32,000 nucleotides of DNA, from the NCBI GenBank assembly GCA_002720095.2, contig PBGP02000019.1:90177-122176 (forward strand), given 5' to 3'. The stretch is from Methanobacteriota archaeon (GTDB lineage Archaea > Thermoplasmatota > Poseidoniia > Poseidoniales > Poseidoniaceae). The number at the start of each line of letters is the position of its first letter. Position 1 is the stretch's first letter. The notes below the pieces were generated by a model. The model searched no databases, was not told the DNA's origin, and was given only the letters and a program-made list of their open reading frames with translations. Positions 16,501 through 24,200 of the stretch are shown here, in pieces. The position numbers and the translations under genes are program-made.

Positions 16501-18162
16501 TTGAAGAATATTGGCAGCTTTATCGCTGTATTTTTATATTCAGGATTAATTTTTATTCCACTATTTTTAGCACTTAACAGGTTAATAATGGTTACAGGAT
16601 TTTACCCGTCAATTTGGTTTAATTCGCTTGAAAATAACTATATATCTCAAGACATCCTACAGTTTACTTTATTTCAAGCCATTTTTTCGACAATTGTAAC
16701 ATTAATGATTGGTATTCCTATAGCTTGGATGTTAGGAAGGTATAGATGGCCATTAGAATCATTGATAAGAACAGTGTTAACCTTACCATTTGTGATTCCC
16801 TCAATAATTGCTGCAATGGGCATTCTTACGATTATTGGACCACATGGGATTAACATTAGGGCTGACGAAGATACATGGTGGTGGACACTTATAATTGCAC
16901 ATGCTTGGTTTAATATGGCACTTGTAATTAGATTCTGTGAACCTATCTTAACTACATTAGACCCTAGTTTAGAGGAACAATTAAGATTATTACCAAACGG
17001 ACAAACACGAATTTCAAGATTTAGGTATCTATGGGCTCCATTACTCGTCCCCTCAATTACAGCAGCAGCTTGTATGACATTTGTATTTTCATTCACGTCC
17101 TTCGCACTAGTTAGATGGATCACTGTTGGAAATGAGAGTTTGGAGAGTATGATGGCAACAATCTCATCTTCAGCAGGCATCGAAGGATATATGGAATTTA
17201 CCTCAGAAATGGTACTAGGTGCATCAATAATTCAATTTTTAATTTTACTAATTTCATTGTGGATTACATCTATAATTCAAAGAAACAGAAAATCTAAAAT
17301 TCCTCAGGTTAATACAAAGTTTGTGAAAACAAAAAATTCAATGGGCTGGTTAATTATTGTTCCAGCTCTCATTTTCGCACTTTTACCAATAATATCAGTT
17401 TTTTTAGGTTCTTTTAGAATTAGAGAGCCTGTTGAAAACGAAATAATTTTTAGATGGAGTTTTGATGCCTGGGTTGTAGCCTGGCGAGGATCTAACTCTT
17501 TTCCTCCGTTAACTGATGCATTAATAAACTCTATTGGTTACGCAATAATTACTCTTTGTGTCTCATTACCTATCGGATTTTCATTAGCATCTACAATCAG
17601 TAAATTAGAAGAAAATCATAAGTTTTTATCTCAAGTTCTAGATGTTTTTACAATGTTGCCTTTTGCCTTAAGTGCAGCTATGGTCGGATTAGGAGTATTG
17701 CTTGGCATTATAAAATTGGATATTGGCTTTTTACATAATTTCTGGCCGCTTCCAGCACTAGCTCATATTATGTTAACAGTTCCGTTTGTTGTTAGAATTT
17801 TTTTACCAGCCATAAGATCACTAGACCCGATGTATGACGAGAATGCTAAGGTGCTAGGACTTAAACCATGGAAAAGATTCTTCAGTGTTAAATTACCATT
17901 ATTGAAGAGTTCACTTATTATCTCTACAATATTTACATTAGCTATGTCTTTAGGAGAATTTGGAGCATCTTTTGTTGTGGCCCGTAATTCAGATTGGGTT
18001 ACTTTACCATTATTGATAGACTCTTGGAGATCTAAACCAATGAAAGATCCATTTACTGGCCCCGCATCTAACGTAGTAGCAACGGTTTTGATGTTAATAA
18101 CGATTATACTTTTTTTGTTTGCAGAAAGATATAGAACCAATAAGGAAGGAGGTATGTTTTAA
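16501..18162 (+). CDS. thiP: Thiamine ABC transporter permease (ThiP-like, duplicated 6+6 TM)
   Basis: 553 aa, two MetI-like permease halves, about 12 TM helices. TTG start preceded by aGGTGAttaa. Its stop abuts the ATPase start (ttt TAA ATG). Confidence 0.8.
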   Translation: MKNIGSFIAVFLYSGLIFIPLFLALNRLIMVTGFYPSIWFNSLENNYISQDILQFTLFQAIFSTIVTLMIGIPIAWMLGRYRWPLESLIRTVLTLPFVIPSIIAAMGILTIIGPHGINIRADEDTWWWTLIIAHAWFNMALVIRFCEPILTTLDPSLEEQLRLLPNGQTRISRFRYLWAPLLVPSITAAACMTFVFSFTSFALVRWITVGNESLESMMATISSSAGIEGYMEFTSEMVLGASIIQFLILLISLWITSIIQRNRKSKIPQVNTKFVKTKNSMGWLIIVPALIFALLPIISVFLGSFRIREPVENEIIFRWSFDAWVVAWRGSNSFPPLTDALINSIGYAIITLCVSLPIGFSLASTISKLEENHKFLSQVLDVFTMLPFALSAAMVGLGVLLGIIKLDIGFLHNFWPLPALAHIMLTVPFVVRIFLPAIRSLDPMYDENAKVLGLKPWKRFFSVKLPLLKSSLIISTIFTLAMSLGEFGASFVVARNSDWVTLPLLIDSWRSKPMKDPFTGPASNVVATVLMLITIILFLFAERYRTNKEGGMF

Positions 18163-18762
18163 ATGCTAAAATGCAAAGCACTTTCCAAGAAATTTGAGCA
18201 CATATTATTTGATAATCTTGATATATTTCTTGAACCTGGTGAAATATTGGCAATAATTGGGCCTTCAGGATGTGGTAAAACAACATTATTGAGGTGTATA
18301 TGTGGGCTTGAAGAATTAGATTCTGGCTACATAGAATTGAATGGTGAAGAAATTACGAATTTGAAGGTAGAAGAAAGGGGAATAGGTATGATTTTTCAAA
18401 AACCCGTTTTGTATCCTCATTTATCCGTTTCTGGAAATCTGGCCCTTGCTTCAAAAAATAAACACAGTGAAGCCCTTACAGAAGTCGGCTTATCAGGTTT
18501 TGAAGAACGCTCAGTGCACAAACTGTCTGGGGGAGAAGGGCAGAGAGTGGCTCTTGCCAGAGCATTATTAGCCAATCCAAAGGTCTTGTTGCTTGATGAA
18601 CCATTTAGTGCTTTAGATAACAAACTATCACTTAAATTAATTTCTGATGTTAGGAAGTTACTAAAAAAGCGTAATTGCCCAAGTATTTTAGTTACACATA
18701 ACTACAAAGAGGCTGAATTATTTTCGGACAGAATTATTGATATTTCATTAATTGAGAATTGA
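18163..18762 (+). CDS. thiQ: Thiamine ABC transporter ATP-binding protein (ThiQ-like)
   Basis: Walker A GPSGCGKTT, signature LSGGEGQRVALARAL, Walker B LLLDEPFSALD, H-loop LVTHN. Short single-domain ATPase (199 aa). Confidence 0.85.
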   Translation: MLKCKALSKKFEHILFDNLDIFLEPGEILAIIGPSGCGKTTLLRCICGLEELDSGYIELNGEEITNLKVEERGIGMIFQKPVLYPHLSVSGNLALASKNKHSEALTEVGLSGFEERSVHKLSGGEGQRVALARALLANPKVLLLDEPFSALDNKLSLKLISDVRKLLKKRNCPSILVTHNYKEAELFSDRIIDISLIEN

Positions 18763-18826
18763 ATTTATTTAGTAATTTAATTTTTCGAATACAAGTCTTT
18801 ATGAGTTAATTAAATGTGAATATATC

Positions 18827-19657
18827 ATGCGAAGCGTGAAATTTGTTATAAAAACTCACACTGTATTTGAAGGTGGCGGGTTTAAAGTTCGAAGACCTGT
18901 TTCTATGGGCAGTCTCATGAGCCCTTTTTTACTCCTTGATGAAATGGGTCCAGCAGATTATGGGCCAGGTGAAGCAATAGGCGCACCATGGCACCCTCAT
19001 CGGGGTTTTGAAACTGTAACTTACATGTTAGCTGGTCAAATGCAGCACGAGGATAGTGCTGGAAATAAAGGAGACTTACTTCCAGGAGATGTCCAATGGA
19101 TGACGGCAGGCAGAGGTATCATTCATTCAGAGGAACCACATCCCGATTTTAAAAGAAAAGGTGGTCTAATGCACGGATTTCAAATCTGGATTAATTTACC
19201 AGCGAAACATAAAATGATGCCACCACGTTATCAAGAGATTCCAGCTTCTGAATCCCCTATGATTGAAAAAAATGGAGTTTGGGCAAGAGTTATCGCAGGT
19301 GAGTGTTTAGGAATTAGATCCAAGATTGATACTATGGTTCCTATAGAATATATTCACGTCAGAATGAATAACAACTCGGTTTTAGAAAAAGAAATTGAGT
19401 CATCCTTAAACACAATGATTTACGTTTTTGGAGGGCAAATTACTATTCAAGATAAAATTATTAAAGACGGAGAATTAGCACTTTTATCAGAGGGACCAAA
19501 GTTAAAAATAAAAACAAAAGACTCATCTGAATTTTTAATACTTGCAGGCCCTGAATTGAATGAACCTATAGCACGTCATGGACCTTTCGTAATGAACACT
19601 AGAGAAGAAATACAACAAGCATTTACTGATTTTAGAAATGGAACATTTGCTAACTGA
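18827..19657 (+). CDS. Pirin-family bicupin protein (quercetin 2,3-dioxygenase-like)
   Basis: Classic pirin N-terminal cupin: FKVRRP...APWHPHRGFETVTYMLAGQMQHEDSAGNKGDLLPGDVQWMTAGRGIIHSE. C-terminal GPFVMNTREEIQQAFTDFRNG. Confidence 0.9.
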   Translation: MRSVKFVIKTHTVFEGGGFKVRRPVSMGSLMSPFLLLDEMGPADYGPGEAIGAPWHPHRGFETVTYMLAGQMQHEDSAGNKGDLLPGDVQWMTAGRGIIHSEEPHPDFKRKGGLMHGFQIWINLPAKHKMMPPRYQEIPASESPMIEKNGVWARVIAGECLGIRSKIDTMVPIEYIHVRMNNNSVLEKEIESSLNTMIYVFGGQITIQDKIIKDGELALLSEGPKLKIKTKDSSEFLILAGPELNEPIARHGPFVMNTREEIQQAFTDFRNGTFAN

Positions 19658-19684
19658 GAAACAAAAATTAGATTAATTATACAA

Positions 19685-20551
19685 TTAGGAAGTGGATAGT
19701 AATTTCCTTGACTTTTTCACAAGATTAATTATTTCGACTCTTAAATCATCAGCTTTTATTCTTTTTTCAAAGGGGGTATACGTCATGCGTTCAGGATTAT
19801 TTGAATGCATCATAATTCCTCCACAATCTAAATCGATCATCTTTACAGTTTTCGGAGAGAAATCATGAATGCCTTGACATATGGTAATCATTGCATCTTC
19901 ATGGTCATCATTCATATGTTCTATCGATCCAACTTTAATATTTTGAATCTCAATATCAGAAATTTCCTTTTCCACTTCATCACCATTTATCCAACAGATT
20001 TTACCGAATCCAGCTATATACCTTACTTTTTCTATATTTTTCATTTTCCAAAAATAGAAATTATGTGTTTCTAAATAACTTTTAGCGCTAGGAACTCTTT
20101 GGCAATATCTAACCAACATTCTTTCTTCTTCTTCTTCAGATACGTGTATACATTTTTCTAGTTCACTCATATTGAACTTATCTTTTCTAGATGGAGTAAT
20201 CACACGTTCAAATTCTCCAAAAATACTTGCCCTCCAATTTGATTGAGGATCCCCTTTTGGATTTGGATGAGAGATAAATAAACAGGATTTAGAGTTAGTC
20301 AGTATATTTTTAGTATGTGCAGCTATTTCGGCAATCAGAATGTAGGGCATACCGTCACTGCTTATAGCGAATGGTACTATTGATCCATAAGGAAAACCTT
20401 CTAATTCTGAATGTGATGATATAGTGCATAAGGTTCCGTGATGAACATCTTCTAGCCATTGAGCGACATTTGATGCGGGGTTTTCATTTTTATTAGCTAG
20501 TCTTTCAGCTAAAACTGAACTATTAGAATCTGACGTATTACTTTCAGACAT
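19685..20551 (-). CDS. PNPOx-like split-barrel + DUF2470 protein (HugZ/HOZ-type haem-utilisation / haem oxygenase-like)
   Basis: N-terminal split-barrel segment HHGTLCTISSHSELEGFPYGSIVPFAISSDGMPYILIAEIAAHTKNIL. C-terminal DUF2470-type motif IEHMNDDHEDAMITICQG. Recognised from memory of COG0748-like proteins, not searched. Confidence 0.68.
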   Translation of the reverse strand: MSESNTSDSNSSVLAERLANKNENPASNVAQWLEDVHHGTLCTISSHSELEGFPYGSIVPFAISSDGMPYILIAEIAAHTKNILTNSKSCLFISHPNPKGDPQSNWRASIFGEFERVITPSRKDKFNMSELEKCIHVSEEEEERMLVRYCQRVPSAKSYLETHNFYFWKMKNIEKVRYIAGFGKICWINGDEVEKEISDIEIQNIKVGSIEHMNDDHEDAMITICQGIHDFSPKTVKMIDLDCGGIMMHSNNPERMTYTPFEKRIKADDLRVEIINLVKKSRKLLSTS

Positions 20552-20602
20552 AATCCTGTGGTATAATGGTTATCTTATAAAACCATCATCTTAAGTTATG
20601 AT

Positions 20603-21067
20603 TTAGATATTACCGAGTTTCTCTAATGTGGATTTTATCCAGTTTTCGCACTCGTCATCATCATCATAATCTACATCACAATCAATTCTATCATTTACCC
20701 TTTTTCCACCTTTCTGCTCGATTATTGTATCCCACTGTTTTCCAGACTCACAGAAAAATTCGTATGCAGTATCGCCGAGGGCAAGGACTGCAAAATTTAC
20801 ATTGTCCATTGACCCTTCATCCGCTTCACAGACATCTTCATACAAATCTTCAGCATTTGTTGGTTGGTCTCCTTCTCCCCAAGTGCTACAGCAAATTAGC
20901 AGTCTTTTCGAGTTAGAGATATCTTCAACAGACACATCATCCATGTCCATAATCTTAGCATCTAGTCCATAATCCCCTGCCAAGCTTTTAGCATCATCAG
21001 CCAAAGCTTCAGAATTACCTGTTTCCGTTCCAAAAATTATCAATATTTCTTTATCACTCATGTTCAT
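20603..21067 (-). CDS. Flavodoxin (CysJ/short-chain flavodoxin-like FMN domain)
   Basis: FMN phosphate-binding loop ILIIFGTETGNSEALADDA, then STWGEGDQP and FAVLALGDTAYEFFC. Its start overlaps the upstream ATPase stop (ATGA, 21064-21067). Confidence 0.8.
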   Translation of the reverse strand: MNMSDKEILIIFGTETGNSEALADDAKSLAGDYGLDAKIMDMDDVSVEDISNSKRLLICCSTWGEGDQPTNAEDLYEDVCEADEGSMDNVNFAVLALGDTAYEFFCESGKQWDTIIEQKGGKRVNDRIDCDVDYDDDDECENWIKSTLEKLGNI

Positions 21068-21927
21068 TCCTCCTCTTCTTTCCTTTTATTTTTTTGTTTA
21101 ATTTCGTCTTTAATTATTATTCTCATAGACTCGTATTCTGTTCTTTTTTCTACTACACAACTCACTCCATACACTGTAGCAATATTCTCTTCATTTAACA
21201 CTTCTTCTGGTGTTCCCTCTCCAATTAATTCGTTTTGATGGAGGAGTAAAATTCTATCTGCAAAACGTGCGGCAATGTTAATATCATGAATAGCAATTAT
21301 TGCAGATTTATCTTTACCTTCTCGTATTAATTTCTTTATATTTTTCATTACAACAATTTGATTTTTTAAATCTAAATCGCTTGTAGGTTCATCCATTAGT
21401 AATAACTTCGAATCTTGAGCAACAGCTTTTGCAATGATTACTCTCTGTCTTTCCCCGCCTGATAATTTGTTAAAACTTCTGAAAGCAAAATCCTCTAATT
21501 TCAAAAATTTTAATGTATTCGACACTATTTCCCTGTCATTTTCTGAAACTCTCCAATTAATATGCGGTCTTCTTCCAAGAAGAACAACATCAAAAACATC
21601 CATTGAAAACTGAGTCAATACGGATTGTGGGACATAAGATATGTTTTTAGCCAACTCAACTAAATTTAAATCGTTAATATCTTTGTTTAGTAGTTTAATA
21701 AATCCTTTTTCAGGTTTAAGAATTCTATTTACGCATTTTAGCATTGTTGACTTACCTGCGCCATTGATGCCTAAGACAGCCACGAGTTCATTTTTTGGAA
21801 TTGTGAAGTTAATTCCATTCAAAACTTTATTTTCACCCCAACTAAAATGTAAATTTTCTACTGATAACAATTCGTCATTATCAATTATTGAGTAATTTTG
21901 AGCGTAATTTTTATAATTATTCATCAA
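21064..21927 (-). CDS. ABC transporter ATP-binding protein, iron-chelate/haem/B12 type (FepC/HmuV/BtuD-like)
   Basis: Walker A GINGAGKST, signature LSGGERQRVIIAKAV, Walker B LLLMDEPTSDLD, H-loop AIHDIN. Lys/Glu-rich C-terminal tail. 4-nt overlap with the permease stop. Confidence 0.9.
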   Translation of the reverse strand: MMNNYKNYAQNYSIIDNDELLSVENLHFSWGENKVLNGINFTIPKNELVAVLGINGAGKSTMLKCVNRILKPEKGFIKLLNKDINDLNLVELAKNISYVPQSVLTQFSMDVFDVVLLGRRPHINWRVSENDREIVSNTLKFLKLEDFAFRSFNKLSGGERQRVIIAKAVAQDSKLLLMDEPTSDLDLKNQIVVMKNIKKLIREGKDKSAIIAIHDINIAARFADRILLLHQNELIGEGTPEEVLNEENIATVYGVSCVVEKRTEYESMRIIIKDEIKQKNKRKEEEE

Positions 21928-23087
21928 TACTTCCTCCTCTTCTGAAGTAGTAGATACATGAAAAATGGCCCTCCTATTATTGATAACATTATTCCAACAG
22001 GAATAACTATTGGAGCGAATAATGTTCTTCCAAGAGTATCAGCGAATAACATCAGCAACGAACCGAATACAGCAGAACATGGTATCAACTTTCTGTAATC
22101 ATTACCCACAATCAATCTACTCATGTGCGGCGCCGCTAATCCTAAGAAACCAATCAAACCCGTAAAAGAAATTATTATCGAGGTCATAAATGCGGACAAT
22201 ATTAGAATTTTTTTACGAGTTACTATAGGATCTACTCCTGTTGATATAGCAAAATCATCACCCCCTAAAGAGAGTGAATTCAAGTCCCATGCCCATTTCA
22301 TTGCATTTGGCATAAGTAGAATAATAATTATTGATATACTAATTGATTGAATAAGTGATGTTCTAGCTAGGCTTCCAAAAGACCAGTGAGTTAGTTGTGA
22401 TAATTGGGAGTCGCTGGCAAAATACGTCATTGTTGAAACAATAGCACCGCAAATGAATGTAATTGCTATTCCCACCAAAATGTAAGATTCTGCAGAAACA
22501 GATCTGTAATTACCTAATTTAATGATTAAGAACACAACAAATAGAGAGAAAATAAAAGCATTTGTAATAATTACAGTTTCTGCGCCTGTAAATGGTATTG
22601 GCGGAATATCCAATGCAACTGAAAAGATAGCCATAGAGATCATATTAACTGGATAAATTATTATATTGAGAATTAAATTCCATAAAAAATCTATAATTAT
22701 TCCAATAGGCTCACTAATTGAAAATCCAATAATGATGCCCAAAGCAGCGCCTAGAGCAGCACCAGAAGCAACTCCTAAAGTCAGTGGAGATACTAACGGA
22801 TTTCCTAGACTGCCCTGCATTAATGCACCTGCGGTGGCCAATGCTGCACCCCCTACGATTGCTATAATAACCCTAGGAAGACGTATTCTCCAAATTATTG
22901 AAGATTGTATGTCATTCGATTGATCAATTCCTAGAACAATTTTAAAAGTCGAAAAAAAACCCAAATTTTCAGATGACCCTACTCCCATTGAGGTTATAGC
23001 TAAGATTAAAGTAACTAATGAGAGAGCCAAAATTAATAAAATCTGAAATTTAGATTTTTTAATATGTATCTCTGAAATACTTTCCAT
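21924..23087 (-). CDS. FecCD-family ABC permease (iron-siderophore/haem/cobalamin importer)
   Basis: Signature RLPRVIIAIVGGAALATAGALMQGSLGNPLVSPLTLGVASGAALGAAL. About 9-10 TM helices. C-terminal GGPFFMYLL. Confidence 0.9.
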   Translation of the reverse strand: MESISEIHIKKSKFQILLILALSLVTLILAITSMGVGSSENLGFFSTFKIVLGIDQSNDIQSSIIWRIRLPRVIIAIVGGAALATAGALMQGSLGNPLVSPLTLGVASGAALGAALGIIIGFSISEPIGIIIDFLWNLILNIIIYPVNMISMAIFSVALDIPPIPFTGAETVIITNAFIFSLFVVFLIIKLGNYRSVSAESYILVGIAITFICGAIVSTMTYFASDSQLSQLTHWSFGSLARTSLIQSISISIIIILLMPNAMKWAWDLNSLSLGGDDFAISTGVDPIVTRKKILILSAFMTSIIISFTGLIGFLGLAAPHMSRLIVGNDYRKLIPCSAVFGSLLMLFADTLGRTLFAPIVIPVGIMLSIIGGPFFMYLLLQKRRKY

Positions 23088-24200
23088 CTAATCAACAACC
23101 ATAGTTTTACATACGAATTTACCCTTTTTGTCAATATTGTGATATTTACTAAAATAATCAATTAGGTAAGCTTCCGCATCTAAATCATCGAATAATTCCG
23201 GATGTAGCATTTTTGCGAGGGTTGGTAATCCATGGATCATCATTGGACCTGCGAACTCTCCAGACATGATCATCATAGAGTTATTTTTTACAGCATTCAT
23301 ATGTTCAAATCCAACTCTTCCCCTAATAAAATCAAGATGTTCATCACAACTAATTCCCTCATTATCGTATGAATTAAATCCAATATCAAAAGTAATACCA
23401 TCAAACATCATATAATCTGGATTTTGAGATATTATTTTTTCCATGTCTACATGAGTCGTATGTCCTGGTAAATCTTTAAAAACATTAATTCCACCTGCCC
23501 TTTCGATAATATCTGTCCACTGAGAAGTGCCTGTCAAGACAACAGGATCTCTAGTAAGTGACGCATGATGTTCCATCACTATTCGTGGTCTTTCAGAATA
23601 ATTTAGTAATGATATTCTTTTTGAGATATCATTTTCAATTCTTTCAAATTCATCAAATAGAGCATCTCTTTCAATTTCTTTCCCAAAAAGTTTTGCCGTT
23701 ACATTTATTTCATCTCTTAAAGAATCATATTTATAAAAATCTAAAGCAATAACCTTTATTCCAATAGGTTCTAATTTCATTCTAATTGCTTTAGTATCTA
23801 CCATTCCATTGGTGGCAAAAACAATGTATACTTCTGGTCTAGTATCAATCAATGCTTCAAAGTCAATTTCAGAATGCGCAGATCTTTGGATTTGTTTTTT
23901 GTCTACATATTCAGGCCATAATTCTTCATCATAGAAATCTCCTGAAACTCCAACGACCACAGAGGGGTCAACACCTAGCATTCTCATTACAGTTGCGGCA
24001 TAAGTATTTGCTATAGCTATTCTTTTCGGTTCTTCACTAAAATTGTGCCAGACTTCATTTGAATCTTGAACAGAGATTGAATACTCTGGAATAATTGGTG
24101 AAACATTACTATCATTTACATCATTGAAAAAATATTGTATTGTGGTAACTGATATAAGTAGAATAAAAATTTGCAATCCAATAATAATTTTTTTATCCAT
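23088..24200 (-). CDS. Membrane-anchored periplasmic-binding-protein (FecB/BtuF/HmuT class, cluster A) substrate-binding protein
   Basis: N-terminal TM anchor. RIAIANTYAATVMRMLGVDPSVVVGVSG and PEVYIVFA match the PBP_2 (PF01497-like) pattern. Its stop abuts the permease start with no gap. Its start overlaps the upstream gene by 8 nt. Confidence 0.75.
   Translation of the reverse strand: MDKKIIIGLQIFILLISVTTIQYFFNDVNDSNVSPIIPEYSISVQDSNEVWHNFSEEPKRIAIANTYAATVMRMLGVDPSVVVGVSGDFYDEELWPEYVDKKQIQRSAHSEIDFEALIDTRPEVYIVFATNGMVDTKAIRMKLEPIGIKVIALDFYKYDSLRDEINVTAKLFGKEIERDALFDEFERIENDISKRISLLNYSERPRIVMEHHASLTRDPVVLTGTSQWTDIIERAGGINVFKDLPGHTTHVDMEKIISQNPDYMMFDGITFDIGFNSYDNEGISCDEHLDFIRGRVGFEHMNAVKNNSMMIMSGEFAGPMMIHGLPTLAKMLHPELFDDLDAEAYLIDYFSKYHNIDKKGKFVCKTMVVD

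Noticed and set aside
18827-20551. Pirin as a functional member of the haem/iron operon
   Set aside because: It is on the opposite strand, convergent with the HugZ-like gene (27-nt gap), and has its own upstream spacer. Adjacency alone does not justify a link.
20566-20586. Small hairpin ATGGTT-(9 nt)-AACCAT between the flavodoxin and HugZ-like genes
   Set aside because: It has only a 6-bp stem with no extension, no following T-run on the transcribed strand, and the arms do not resemble the 26655 palindrome. This is insufficient for a terminator or operator call.
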